This document shows positions 1 through 19,764 of a stretch of 64,000 nt of DNA, piece after piece (the first letter of the stretch is position 1; every line of letters starts with the position of its first letter). The stretch lies in the NCBI RefSeq assembly GCF_009914755.1, contig NC_060936.1. One strand, 5' to 3'. The translations under genes and the position numbers were made by a program. Origin of the DNA: the human T2T-CHM13v2.0 reference genome, Homo sapiens. The notes beneath the pieces are model-generated. The model had not been told where the DNA came from, did not search any database, and was given only the letters and a program-made list of their open reading frames with translations.

Positions 1-3559
<3,559 letters not shown>

Positions 3560-4017
3560 CTGATTAAACTCAGAGACTTCTAGGGACTGAATAGCCAGAA
3601 AAAAGAAACAAGCAATGACTGGGCTATTCTCTCTTTAGGGATGCTATTAGTTTGTACAATCAGAGGAGAAAGTCCATAAATAAGGGGTGCAGAAATGATA
3701 AGTGCTCTGGGACTGAGGAGAAGAAAGAACAGATATGGGAATGGGAGGAAAGAGCCCAGGATATCAGTGGAAAGTTCACTTGGCCAAAACTAGGCAGCAG
3801 ATGTGTAGAGGAGAACTAAAGGCAGTGAGCAGATGTATGCCTTCCCTGAACAGGAGCATGATAAATTTATAGTATAATTTAAAGCATTACTTTATTTTTT
3901 ATTATCAAAAATGATAAAAACCTGAAAAGAAAACAAGACAATGAATGTCATTGTAGGAGGCAAAGGGTGTTATTAAAAGCAGAAAGAAACAACTTGAGCA
4001 ATAAAGAAGTGACTCTA

Positions 4018-4315
<298 letters not shown>

Positions 4316-4558
4316 TTAATCTTCAAATGCAGAGGCCATGTCTTAGTTAACTTTGCATCCCAGCACTGCCCTGGGCACTTGGTGTTCAAAAGTTGTTTGT
4401 TGACTAAAGGATAATGACTCACATTTACATAGGGCCTATGTGCCGGTGCTACCCTAAACCACTTAATTCATTTAATCTCGCAGTAGCCTTAAGGGTTTTG
4501 TATCACTGATCTCTTTTACAGATGAGAAAAGTGAGGCATAGAATGGTTTGAATCATAA

Positions 4559-5066
4559 TGGTGGGGCGGAGGCTAAAGTAACTCCATCTTGGCTGCTAAA
4601 ACACCACGTTGACTTCTGATTAACCCCCAGTTCCAGTAATACCTCTAAGATCTCTACTTTATCTACTGTTAAGAACACATATTTACCATAAGTCTAGCCC
4701 CTAGATTAAAACAACCTTGATGTTATCATAAACAGGCACTTACTATGAATCCTGCCCTTAAGCAAATTATAGGCTATGATTCAGGTAGCATTCTTGCCTT
4801 TCCCTGAGGGGTGGCCTTCAATTGTCCTACACAACCCTTCTGAAGCACGGATGCCCTTTCCCTATGGTATGTAAGCCCTGGGTCTGGGTTGGGGTAACAG
4901 CAAGGGGATCCACCATCTTGCAGATGCCTGGGACATGGCTTCTGCTTTTAAGTTCTTATTAAATGTTTTTTTTGCTGAGAAACTGGGCATGTCTGCCTCT
5001 TTATCTGGCCTTTCAGCTCCCTCAGCCTTTGGGGGTAGGTTTGCATAGGCCTCCTCCCCGTAGAAG
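4559..5066 (+). mobile_element. ERV solo LTR (LTR47/MER66-like, family uncertain) inserted in a MIR
   Basis: LTR-like AACTCCATCTTGG head, internal ATTAAA, GGGGGTAGGTTTGCATAG tail; MIR core sequence (ACAGATGAGAAAAGTGAGGC / GGATTTGCACCCA) on either side. Confidence 0.6.
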
Positions 5067-5779
5067 AGGTGGAGTCAGGATTTGCACCCATATAGTCTAG
5101 CTCCAGAGTATGTGCTCTGACACATAGGCTATCCTTCCTGAAGGAGTCAGTCAAAGAAATCAGGATAAAGAGAAAGACTGATGAGCCAGTAAACACACTG
5201 ATTCTCTACCCTTCCGAGAAGAGGAAAAATCGGAACCTCTTTGGCCTTTTCCAGGTTCTTGTTTCTGGCCAGATTCATAGCTAACAGCCACTGGCTGAGT
5301 CTCCACAGAATTCCTGGGGAGTGTATGTGATGTGTGAAAACAAAAGAGACACCTGTGCTCTGACTCAACTTGTTTGTTTTTGTGTTTGTTTGCTTGTGAG
5401 ACAAGGCTCTCACACCTTTTGTTGCCCAGGGTGGCCTTGAACTCCTGGGCTCAAGGAGTCTTCCTGCTTCAGCCTGTGGAGTAGCTGGGATTATAGGCAG
5501 GAACCACCACACTAAGTTTCTCTGCCTCAGTTCTGAATAAGAGAGCACTTCACATCCAGTGGACATGAAAGCATTCTACACCTTGAGGTAAGCAAGAAAA
5601 CAAGCAGGGCCATAGCCTCTAGTTCTAGTTTCCAAAATAAATAAAATCTTCAAGTCTCCTCCATAAGTTACTGACTCTGTCATGCAAACAACTGCACTCT
5701 GACTTTGCCAATGGCAATCTCTGAAGGTGGGTAATAATCTTTGAGGATATGAGAACCATATACAAAAAAAAAAAAAATC

Positions 5780-6082
5780 GGACAGGTTGTGGTGGCTTAT
5801 GCCTGTAATCCTAGCACTTTGGGAGGCCAAGGCAGGAGGATCACTTGAGGCCAGGAGTTCGAGATCAGCCTGGCCAAAATAACGAAACCCCAAAATACAA
5901 AAACAATGAGCTGGGCGTGGCGGTGCATGCCTGTAATCCCAGCTATTCAGGAGGCTGAAGCGTAAGAATCCCTTGAACCTGGGAGGCGGAGGTTGCACTA
6001 AGCCAAGATCACACCACTGCACCCCAGCCTGGGCCACAGAGTAAGACTCTGTCTCAAAAAAATAAAAAATAAAAAATAAAAA
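5780..6082 (+). mobile_element. Alu element
   Basis: Dimeric Alu with an (AAAAAT)n tail. Confidence 0.9.
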
Positions 6083-6484
6083 ATCCCACCACGAACAGAT
6101 AAACAGTAAGTCTAGTGACTTTAGGAATCTAATTTGTTTCTCTTTCAGTAGGTTGTATTTTTTATTCCAGTTTTTCTAAGGTGTAGCCTCCCAAACAAGC
6201 CTTTGGCAAGCAAGTAAACTACTCCTTTGTCTTGGAGTCTTCCTTTTGCAACTGGATTAACTTTTAGAACTTTTAGACCTTTGAGAAGTTTTAGAGTTTT
6301 AGAATTCAGGCGTGGGTCTGCCGCACCAAAACTGTGTGAACTTGGTCAGGTCTTATTAAACCTTTTTCTCTGTCTGAAAAATATGAATAATAATACTTCT
6401 GCTTCCCACCACACAGGGAATATGATGTTTGTTTAAAAAAAAAGCACAGAACATTTTATTAAAAAGTTGTTGTTGTTGTTGTTG

Positions 6485-7478
<994 letters not shown>

Positions 7479-8175
7479 ATGCTGTCCTAGAGTTCCAAAG
7501 ACCACATTTGGAATAATTCCACTTTTAAAAAAGTTTTACTTTTAAAAAATTGTTTTACAGACAGGATCTCACTCTGTCACCCAGGCTGTTGTACAGTGAT
7601 ACCATCATAGCTCACTGTAACCTCGGCCTCGTGGGCTCAAGCAATCCTCCTGCCTCAGCATACCCAGTAGCTGGGACTACAGGGGCAGCTACCATGCCTG
7701 GCTAGTATTTTAATTTTCTGTAGAGACAGTCTTGCTATGTTTCTCAGGCTAGTCTTGAACTCCTGCCTTGGTCTCCCAAAGCGTTGGGATTACAGATGTG
7801 AGCTACTGAGTCTGGCCAAAAAAAAAATTTTAATTACATTTAAATTAGGACCAGGAACAGCGGCTCATTCTTGTGATCTCAACACTTTGGGAGGCCGAGG
7901 TGGGAGAATCACTTGAGGCTGGGAGTTCAAGACTAGTCTGGGCAACATAGCCAGACCCCCATCTGTATGAGGAAAAAAAAAAGGTACATTTAAACACACT
8001 TTAAACAGTAGAGAAACTAGTATCTCTGGTATTGCACATTTTTTGCAAGTTTCCTACTCATTGGCTAGCCAGCAAGATTCATCTGTTTCGTTACAAGGGA
8101 AAGAATGGAAAAGCCAACCTACTCAAGAACAGTTTAACAGAAACCAATCAGCTTAAGTAGAAAAAAAAAAAATCC

Positions 8176-8290
8176 TATAGTCTTATTAATTAATTAATAA
8201 GTCTTACTTAATAGTTAATAGTTAATAATACTTAATAGTTAATAGCTAATACTTAATAGTTAATAAGTCTTAATTAATAGTCTTACTAAA
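8176..8290. repeat. AT-rich degenerate tandem repeat, (TTAATAG)n with TAGTCTTA-type units
   Basis: Repeated TTAATAG/TTAATAAG/TAGTCTTA units read directly. Confidence 0.85.
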
Positions 8291-8461
8291 CCTTTGAACA
8301 CATAATCTTGTTAATTCACAGAACCACCCCTAAGGCAGGTATGTTGCCACCAATTTACAGCTGAGAAGCTACTTGCTTGGCATCATACCACTAGTGAGTG
8401 CCAAGTCTGGACTGGCACTGAAACAAAGACCAATTATTTGAAATTAAAATGAACAGGATAA

Positions 8462-8764
<303 letters not shown>

Positions 8765-10862
8765 AAGTGTCACTTTTATTGTACCTAGAACCATGTTGAT
8801 TTGGGGATCTAGACATCCCATATATCAATGATGTAATAATTTTTTTTAGTTTCTACATGACAAGAGAGAAATTACTGCTACTACGTCCGGCTGATTTTTG
8901 TGTTTCTAGTAGAGATGGGGTTTCGCCATGTTGGCCAGGCTGGTTTCAAACTTCTGACCTCAGGTGATCTGCCTGCCTCACCTTCCCAAAGTGCTGGGAT
9001 TACAGGTGTGAGCCACCACGCCTGGCCTGCTTATTTGTGTTACTACTACTTCATTCCCCATTCCCCTAAAATCTCATCCATTTTCAAGAATAGATGGATT
9101 TATAGAGGTTTATACAAATGGAAGAAATGTTTCTTTGTACAATTCTCATTACCCTTCATTATAACTCCTTGTTTTTGATCATTTGGGACAGAACCACATA
9201 TTAGGAAATGGTATACAGTGATGCAGTTGATACCTTAACACCCATCAATCTCTTCAATATAATACAGATTATTTTCCATAAAATGAATTTCCTTATACTT
9301 GCTCAAAACTTATCTATTCTGGTTTGGTTTGGGGTTTTTGTTTGTTTGTTTGTCTGGTGGAGGAGGGAAGACAAGGTGGATCTCCCACAAATTTATGAGA
9401 TCATCTTGAATACCTATGGATTGTTACATAAATTTAACCAAACACTCCATAAAGCTACACAGTACAGATGTATAGCCAGGTAAGTACCCAGGAGAAAGGA
9501 AAAGGGAGAGGAAAGGGAAAAATACCAGAGGTAGAGAAAAGAACTGCAAGACCCAAGGGTTAGGAATAAACTAGAACCTTACTCTAAGTGATTGGACAAG
9601 TTGAAAAATAACACCAAATCATTATCAGCTATTAAAAAAAAATGAGGGTTTGAGGTAAAGTGAAGTTCGATTTGTCAACAGGAAGCTGTGGGCTCTGCAC
9701 CTCTATTTATATAAACATTTGCTTTTTCCATCTTGGGTTCTGCCCAGAATTTGTCGTCTGACTGCTGCTTCTGGGTCTGCTTGACTGGTTTTTAGAGAAA
9801 AAAAGAAAGAAAGAAAGAAAGAAAGAAAACAAAACTGTGGCCACCTGTTCCTCTCCTTACCGCAGTCTTAACAAGTCACTTTCCCTGATGTTTGGTTGGT
9901 GAAAATGCTCAAAGATACAAGGGCTTCCGTTTTTATCAGAGTATTGCTTTATTAAGTAAGGCCTCCCTGAGCTGACAAAGCTACAAGGACAGTCCTGCCT
10001 CTCCTCCACTGTGCTCCTGATGTCTTTCTGTTTTACCCTAAGTTTCCAGATCCCCCAGGACCCCTTCCCCACTTCTCAAATTCCCTTTGAATTTGGAATT
10101 TGACAGTTTCCATCTTTTAGCTTCCTGGCTCCCCAACCCTGGTGTCAGCCTGTTGTCACTCTCTCATCTGGCTATCCCCTGGTCTGGTGCCATCTTTGTT
10201 CCCACTTCTTTTAGGATTGTTTTCCTTCTTCATTGTGTTACAGCTGCTTCAGTACAAAAGGAAGAGGGATCTTAGAGGTTGTTTGTGCCTTCTCACCAGG
10301 TGTAAAGTGGTTAGTTAAACATCTAACTTTGGCCACAAGTACCCTGAAGCAGAGAAGGGAGGAGCTTGTGTCTAGCAACATATACTGCTGTATATGTCAT
10401 CAAAGTAAGACTCAGAAATTGGGAAACCAGCTGCGGTTTGCACTCTCTGCCATGAGTCAAAACAATACTGAGTGTGCATAGAACTGTATTTAGTGAGTAG
10501 AAGACACACTCAAATTTCCAGAATGTGTTCATTTGAGGAGAAAGTAGAATTTTCTTGAATCGTAAGCATGGAATATGGAAAAAGCCTCAGAGTAGAATCA
10601 ACTCAATTAGAGAAGGGAAAATAAAAGTGAATCTTTATGAATAGGTAGATGAGGCTGCTATCTATTCAGGATACCAGGAGGGCATTCAATATCTACTGAT
10701 ATTTTTACCAAATTCTTTAATTCTAACATTAAAGATCCATTATTTTGGTTTAAAAAATGGCTTTTCATTGAAAGCCATTGCTTAGCAAGGTTGTCATTTG
10801 GGCTCACCAGGAAAAAAAACATATTAACACCTTAATGAGTAAAAACTTTCTTCTGAATCTTC

Positions 10863-11171
<309 letters not shown>

Positions 11172-11248
11172 TAAAGTGGAATAAAAGTTCATAAATTCAG
11201 GCCTTTTTCGTAAACATAGAAGAGAAAAAGAACCAGAACAAAAGACAT

Positions 11249-11254
11249 TTTATT
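11249..11254 (-). terminator. MFAP5: Candidate MFAP5 polyadenylation signal AATAAA (3' UTR ~2.1 kb)
   Basis: TTTATT on plus = AATAAA on minus, followed on the minus strand by GU/U-rich sequence; gives an mRNA of ~2.9 kb, which fits my recollection of the MFAP5 mRNA size. Confidence 0.7.
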
Positions 11255-11911
11255 TTGAGAAATAAATTGGAAAAAAATATTTTAAAATGTTTAATTTGCA
11301 ATATACATAATACTGGAATTGAAATGCTGTCTGATGGAAATGTTGCAATGTGGAGTAGGAGGGTCAAGTTCGTGAAGATATTCTTAAAATTAATCTTGGA
11401 AACTCTGTGCCTATGAGGTTTCTCTAAAGTGGCTAAAATATGCATTTAATATGTTGTCTAAATGAGTACATTTAATTCTAGAGACTGTAAGGAGTAGAGA
11501 TTATATGCTTTGGGGCTTTTTGTAGCATTTTTTTAAAATCAGTTGTACAGATCCCATTAAACTAAATTGTTTCTTAACAGCAAGAATCTGATCATTTAAC
11601 TAGTTTTCTCAGCAATATAAAAGGAATACAACCTCCACTGTCATATATAACTTGTTGTCTCCTAGCTCCTATTTGAATTCCATTGGCTTTTATAGAAAGT
11701 TATTGAGTTAGTCAGACAGAAGGATTCATGATATATAATTTGTCATTTGTTATAATGGGATTTTCTTCTATTCCATTGTGGACTGCTACCCTCACCTAGG
11801 ATAAAGCAGATATGGTTGCTATGAATTAGACTGTATCTAAGCTTCAAGAAATATGAATAATGCATTTAAATCCAGAGAATCATAGAATTAAAGGAAATCT
11901 TAGAACTAAGA

Positions 11912-12226
<315 letters not shown>

Positions 12227-13378
12227 TAAGATAAATTTAACCTTCTCATTTTAAAGATGAGGAAATTAAACCAGGACCTAATGAAGGAAAATGGCTTATC
12301 CAAGGCTACGTGGTTACTGCTAGAGCCAGGATAAGAATGTGGGTTGTCTGAATATTGTGTTTCCTTCACTCTTTCGTATTAACTATTAGGCAAACTTTCT
12401 GTCTGCCTATTAAAATTCAAGTCTGAATGCCCTTCTTAGGCCCCAATCAGGATATCCAAAAGCCACTTGCACAATAATTCGACCGTGCACTTGTTAAGTT
12501 GTGAAGATGAACGAAGTAGCAACTCAAGGAAACGTCAACCAATGGTATGATTTCACATTAAGTTGTCTAATTTGCTTTGTGGTGGTGGGTTCATCCCAGT
12601 ACTACCCATAAACGAATCAGTAAATGAGACTTAGTTTCCAACCTTACTTCCCGACTAGACAACTGCATGAAAAATTGGATAGCGAATTATGAGTCCAAGT
12701 TCTATAGCTGGCATAGTCCTCATGCTTTAGCCCCAGCCTCTGAGCTTAGCAGAAGACATTTTGGGTCCTTATATATTGCTAGTAGGATTGTATAATTCTT
12801 GACTGTGTTGCAGAATCTTACAGGACTACAAAACTTACCATGATGTGTCTTATAAGGAAGACTTGCCAGGCAAATTTTCGGGCAAGCCAGCAAAATAGTT
12901 AAAGTAAGAGTAAAGAGGAACACGTGAATGATGGGGAGTTGGTCTAGGAAAATATTGTGAGGAAAATAAATGAAATTCTATGGTTAGCCCAAATAGACAA
13001 AGATAGCTTCTTCAACCCTAAGATCTATATCAGACAGATTCAATAGTAAAGATTATTAGCCTAAAGTTTAGTCTCCCTTGAAATTGTACATAGAATGTTT
13101 GTATATAAGCCATATAGTCATCATCTATTCACTGTGTCTATGATATTGAGAAGCAGCAAAATTATGCAATAATATAGACTTTGTATTTTAAGTGCTAGAA
13201 AATGAGATAAATGTTATCAGTTTGGGTGAAAAAGTAGAGAGTAGGGGTAAAAGCTGGACATTGCAAAAGGATTGGTTTAAGAAATACTGTCTAAGGGTTA
13301 GCTGTCAATGGTTGGAGAAGAAGGAGATCCTCCTTCCTCTCACCCATACATTTTTTCTTCTTTCCTCTTTTTCAATGA

Positions 13379-13491
13379 TCACAGACCATTGGGTCTCTGC
13401 AAATCCACATTTTCACAGGGAGGAAGTCGGAAGTAATTGGAGCGACGGAGTCTCCTAGGGGGCAGACCAGCCATCTGACGGCAAAGCTCAT
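13379..13491 (-). CDS. MFAP5: MFAP5 exon 10, coding part (D-ELCRQMAGLPPRRLRRSNYFRLPPCENVDLQRPNGL*)
   Basis: Acceptor AG at 13492-13493, stop TGA at 13379-13381; contains the RLRR proprotein-convertase-type site. Confidence 0.97.
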
Positions 13492-14788
13492 CTAGAAGAG
13501 AAGCAGAACATCATGGGAAGAGAATGCAGAAGATAACAAAGGCTCTTGTTTTAAGGGATAGAGAAGACTTTTCAGTGTGGTGTAGTGAAAAGGTTGGAGA
13601 GAAAAAGATCCGGGTTTTAACCAGCTCTGCCACTTACTTTAGTTATTTGCCACTTCCTAGAAAGTTTCTTAAATTTTATAAACCTCACTATCCCTTTCTG
13701 TAAAATGAGAATTAAAATACCTACCTCAACAGTATATTTCTGAGTATTAAAATGAAATCATGTATGCAAAGTACCTAGCACAGGTGAGCAGTAAATGTTA
13801 GTTTCCTTTATATATCCAGCTGCCAATTCTTCTAATCATGGATCTATTAAATAGAAAAATGAGATCCAATCATTCAGTATACATTTACGTGCTTACTATG
13901 GGCAAACAGCTAACTTTAGGAAGTCCCTTGAGATACTTGAAAGTGCCTAGAGTCCCAAATACCCATCCTCAATCTCAAGGTGCTTCCCTTGCAGGTGGCT
14001 TGCACAAAGCCAATGGGGGCACACAGCAAGTTTCCTTCTGCGAAGTTAACTACAGCTCTTACTCAGGAACTCAGCACAAAGCGGGCTGCTGAGTCAGAAA
14101 TGGCTTTGTCTGTGGTGTTTTCACCAACCACAGCCATCGTTCGGGGCTGGCCATGGGGAAGGTGAGAGTATCTTTGTTTCCACCATGTATGGTCTACAAC
14201 CACACATTTTGGGCCCTCGTAATTGCCCCATAACATCTTTCTACCTTCTTCTACCTGAAATGTCACAGTAAGAAATGTTCATTGTTCTTGGAATTGGTGA
14301 ACTATTTATAACATAGCTGATTTCTAAATGTCCCATCTATTTTTTATTTATAGGCCCTATCCAAACCTTACTGTCTCCAAATTAGTGCATGTGCGTGTGT
14401 ATGTTTTATTTTTAGTTATGAACATGGCTGCGGACTAGCAGAGTCTATTATCTGTAATGGCTGACTTGAAATTTTCCCTAGAACCCCAGTGAATGATCTT
14501 TAAAATAGCCAGAGTGTCAGAAAGCTCTCTAAGTAGGAGACACTGTGGGGTTACAATCTAGTAGGACAGGGATCTAGGGGTACTTTTCTTAGGGTTATGT
14601 TTGTATATCAAGCATACTGCTTTATGTAGATTGTTTATTTGAGATAACTTCCAGCAGGAGCTGATGGACTCTAAGGGGGTAGCCTGAAGCCCTCCTCTAA
14701 TACCAGACTTTGGATATAGTAATATCATGTCCCTATCTACCCTTCTCATAACTGCTTCTCTCCATTAAACATCCAGACATCATCTTAC

Positions 14789-14862
14789 CTTTCATAGCTT
14801 CGTGTTCCTTACAGACAAGACGAGAGCAGATCTCCTTGTTGACGATGTACATACGTCGTAAA
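14789..14862 (-). CDS. MFAP5: MFAP5 exon 9 (S-LRRMYIVNKEICSRLVCKEHEAMK)
   Basis: 74 nt; CAG acceptor, GTAAG donor; frame continuous. Confidence 0.97.
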
Positions 14863-15067
14863 CTGCAGACGTCCCAGTGTCATAGGCAAGGAAGGAGATG
14901 GAAGAAAGCCTTGAGAGGAGAACTCACCTGGGTCTGGGATGCCTCTTCAACTCTCATATTCCCCACTTTCCCTATCTGCTTTTCCCCAACTGTATTTTCT
15001 TAAGTATTTCAGACTTTTGCCCCCCAACTGGAAAATAGGGGAGGGAATGGTATTAATTACTCTTCTG

Positions 15068-15400
15068 TTTTTTAAATTTTATTTCAATAGTTTTTGGTGT
15101 ACAGGTGGTTTTTGGTTACATGGGTAAGTTCTTTAGTGGTGATTTCTGAGATTTGGGTGCACCCGTCACCCAAGCAGTGTACACTGTACCCAATGTGTAG
15201 CCTTTATCCCTCATTCCTCTCCCACTCTTTCCCCTGAGTCCCCAAAGTCCATTATATCATTCTTATGTTTTTGCCTCCTCATAGCTTAGCTCCCACTTAT
15301 AAGCGAGAACATACAATATTTGGTTTTTCATTGTTTAGTTACTTCATTTAGAATAATGACCTCCAGCTCCATCCAAGTTGTTGCAAAGGCCATTGTTTTA
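15068..15400 (-). mobile_element. L1 (L1PB-like) 3' end in MFAP5 intron 8, sense to MFAP5
   Basis: Typical antisense L1P 3' UTR text (TTTGGTTACATGGGTAAGTTCTTTAGTGGTGATTTCTGAGATTT...CTCCAGCTCCATCCAAGTTG); TTACTCTTCT/TTATTCTTCT flanks. Confidence 0.8.
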
Positions 15401-15789
15401 GTTATTCTTCTTAGTGACACTTTGCACACTCTACCTAAAGTCAGGCTTAATATTCCTCCCCACTATTTTCTACCTTAGAGCTGGGCCATTCTCTTCAGTC
15501 TCCTTCTATCAGGTAATAAATTGAGCATGCCAGTATTTCCCTCATGATCCTTCTTCCTCCAGCGCTCACCTTCATTTCCCTTCTAAGTTCTATTACTCTG
15601 CCTGTTCTTTGTACACTTCAGCCCATACTCCAGGTTCTAGTTGGTACATTCAGAAATAACTAGGAGGGTTGTGCTAAAAACTTTGGCCCCATCAAAGTTT
15701 GCAATTCCATAGTGGGTGCTCATTAAATAGTTATCAACACAGAAACACTACCATGGAAGATGCTTTTTGGGCATTCTGGGATCCCTTAC

Positions 15790-15877
15790 CTGGTGAAGCA
15801 TAACTGATGAATGCATTGTTTAACCGGCCGATGCACAGAGTAGAGCCTTGTGCAGGTAAATTTCTCATCCCAGCACT
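15790..15877 (-). CDS. MFAP5: MFAP5 exon 8 (E-CWDEKFTCTRLYSVHRPVKQCIHQLCFT)
   Basis: 88 nt; CAG acceptor, GTAAG donor; Cys-rich MAGP domain. Confidence 0.97.
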
Positions 15878-16948
15878 CTGAGGAAGCCCAATACAAAAAA
15901 TAAGGAGGTCCAAATAGAAGCAGCATAAATGAAGGATTGAAGGAATTGGGAAGGATAGATAGAGTAGGAAAAAAATACAGAGTAATCTCTACAGAGAATC
16001 ATTATAAATTGGGCTACATCCTTTCCGTCCACCAAAAACACAGCAAGAGGGAATTGACTAAATGAAGTTTTGGCGCTTCCCTACTTGGAAGTAGAAGTGG
16101 ATAAAATAATCTCTGAGAGCACTTCTAGGAATAAAGTCTTTCTAGAATTGTCCGTTATGAAATATAAAATAGGCTGGGCACGGTGGCTCATGCTTGTAAT
16201 TCCAGCACTTTGCGGGGACGAGGCGGGCAGATCACCTGAAGTCAGGAGTTCGAGACCAGCCTGGCCAACAAGGTAAAACCCCGTCTCTACTGAAAATACA
16301 AAAATTAGCCAGGAGTGGTGGCAGTTGCCTGTAATCTCAGCTACTCGGGAGGCTGAGGCGGGAGAATCACTTCAACCTGGGAGGCGGAGGTTGCAGTGAG
16401 CCAAGATCACGCCACTGCACTCCAGCCTGGGTGACAGAGTGAGACTCCATCTCCGAAAAATAAAATAAAATAAAACAAAATAGTAAAATAAAATAGAAAT
16501 GCTGATAATCCCATTCTGAAAGAATCAGATTTCTTAGGCAGGTTGCTATTTCTCTGTTCCAGTAGTTTTCAACCCTAGCTATATATCAGAATTATCAGTA
16601 CATTAGGAAATGCAATTTTAACCATGGCCTCCGTGGTAATATGGAGTCCTTGAAGTTAAATTGATTTCACTTTCCAATCCACTAACCACCACATAATGTG
16701 CAAGGGTACTTTAGGGAGAGGGCTATTTGGGGACCATGCAACATTTGTTCCATTCTTTCCCCTTGACTTTTATGACAGGTGCTCATTTTTTTAAAAAAAA
16801 GAGTAAGGGAGTGAAGAACACTAATACTCTTTGAGAAATAATTGGAAGTAAACTAGAAGATGTGCCAAGTACCCTCCAAAGAACAAGGAGGTAAGGAATC
16901 CACAGGAAGAAAAAAAGGCTTAAGAAGGCATGCAAGCAACAATCATAC

Positions 16949-16978
16949 CTGCAGTGGTATTTTTTTCACTGAGGGAGG
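16949..16978 (-). CDS. MFAP5: MFAP5 exon 7 (A-SLSEKNTTA)
   Basis: 30 nt; CAG acceptor, GTATG donor; N-glycosylation sequon NTT. Confidence 0.95.
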
Positions 16979-17621
16979 CTGAAAGGCAGAAATTTTATTC
17001 CACTGTTACCAATTCTAGAAGTTACTACTTCTGTAACTGCCACACTGCCTCACTTAGGACCTGCTTGGAGTGCCCATAAATAGGGAGCAAATGAATTAAT
17101 AACTCTTAGCAACTTCTAAAAGAAAACCCTTATTGAGCTGATTTGCTCCACAAAATTGAAGACATTAGGAGGCAGGATGGGATTTTTTTCCTTTCTCCTT
17201 TCCTTTCTAAAGAGTTGAGAAATTCATTGTATTGTGAGTATCTCTGTATTGTTGACAAGAAGAAAATTTAGTAGGAACACAAGGCAAAGAGTTACATGCC
17301 CAGAGGAGCTTCTTCCTAGAGCTAAGTAGAGAAAAGATTATTATCCTGTACAAGCTCTTCCTTATAAGAGAAAATTTATTTTCTGTAGATTAGATACATC
17401 ATCATAAATTCTCTTGATAGAAGCTGTTGGGTAAAGAATAATGAGGGTCAGCTGGGCACAATGGCTCACACCTGTAATCCCAGCACTTTGGGAGGCCAAG
17501 GCAGGTAGATTATTTGAGGTCAGGAGTTTGAGACCAGCCTGGCCAACATGGTGAAACCCCCTCTCTACTAAAAATACAAAACTTAGTTGGGTGTAGTGAT
17601 GTGCACCTGTAATCCCAGCTA

Positions 17622-17781
<160 letters not shown>

Positions 17782-18185
17782 CTAGGGGCAAATTTAACAT
17801 GGGCCTTATTCACAGAATGAAGAACAAGCCAAGGAGTTAGATGAATAGACTAGTCGGGGGAGTTACCAGGGAAAATGTCACTGGAAGTGTTGCAAATAGA
17901 ATACTAGGACCTGTGTTATGAGATCTCATCTATCCCATGGTTTCTAGGCAGGTGTATATGCTGATAATTCCCAAACCTGTATTTCCAACCTCATCTCTCT
18001 CCTAAACTCCAGACCTATAAATCCAACTGCCTTTTTATGGAAGAGTTCTTGAATATTTCAAAGATCTTTCACATTCAATGTATCTCCAACAGACTTAATT
18101 ATCTTTCCCTTCACTAATTCTAGTTGTTATACAGTGAATGAGACCACCATCCACCCAATAGCCACATCTAGAAAACTGGATGTCA

Positions 18186-18469
<284 letters not shown>

Positions 18470-19204
18470 TCAAAAAAAAAAAAAAAAAGAAAAAAGAAAA
18501 AGAAAACTGGATGTCAACTCAACAATCCCCTCTCCCTTATAGCTCACATTTAATTCTCCCTATCTCTACCTTGATTCAGGGCAGCATCTTTTATTGGGAA
18601 CACTGCAACAGTGGCCCTGCTGGTTTTCCGGGTTCCAGGCGATCAATCACGGTCAAATCAGTTTTCCACACTGCCCTGGGAGTACAGTAGGGGGTTTGGA
18701 AGTGGGGTGTGATCCTTCCAATGCACAAATCTAATTATAATCTTACCTTGCATAAACGTCTCTCTGGTTGGTTTTCGTGTCCACCCTACACCTTTTGATT
18801 TATATTGTTTTCCTTACCTAAAAGCTCTTCCCTCTTCTATTAACTTAGTTCACTTTTACTTGTCTTTCAGGAAGCAGCTTAGTCAAATGTGCCCTCCACA
18901 AAAAACCTTTTCTCACCCCCAGCACCGAACCTAGTCAAGAACTCTTTCTGTGTCTTCCATAGCTTCTCTTGCTTATCCTGATTATCGAATTTTGTGAAAC
19001 TGAATAAAGTTATCTGTTTATTTGTCTATCTTGTATATTACACAAAAGATGTCTAGTAGAAGAAAATCAGTTTTGTTCACTTTTATATCCTTGGCACCTA
19101 GTAGCAAGTTTTCAATAATGATTTGTTAAAAAATAATCTAGCCGCCTATAATCCCAGCACTTTGGGAGGCCGAGGCAGGTGGATCACCTGAGGTCAAGAG
19201 TTCA

Positions 19205-19430
<226 letters not shown>

Positions 19431-19719
19431 TCAGTCGAAGCATTACTTCTTCTACCCTTTATCCTCCAAAACGTGTTTATACTTTTATCTTGCCTTTACC
19501 CATCAAGTCTTGAAACTTTGAGAGAAAGATTAGCACAGTTCCTGTTTGTCAGGTGTTCAACAATGTCATTAATTTGAATTGAACTACTGGAAATATGTGC
19601 TCCATAAACTGTCATCCTGTCTTTTTAGGATCCTTCAGCAGCTGCACACTATCCAGAATGGGCTCTGGGGAAAGCCTAGAATGGCCCTGATGACCTGGGG
19701 GTCCCAGATCTGAACTCAC

Positions 19720-19764
19720 CCAAGTCATCTGTGGAAGGTGCAATATCAGCCAAAACAGCCAAAA
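19720..19764 (-). CDS. MFAP5: MFAP5 exon 6 (V-LAVLADIAPSTDDL)
   Basis: 45 nt; CAG acceptor, GTGAG donor. Confidence 0.95.
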
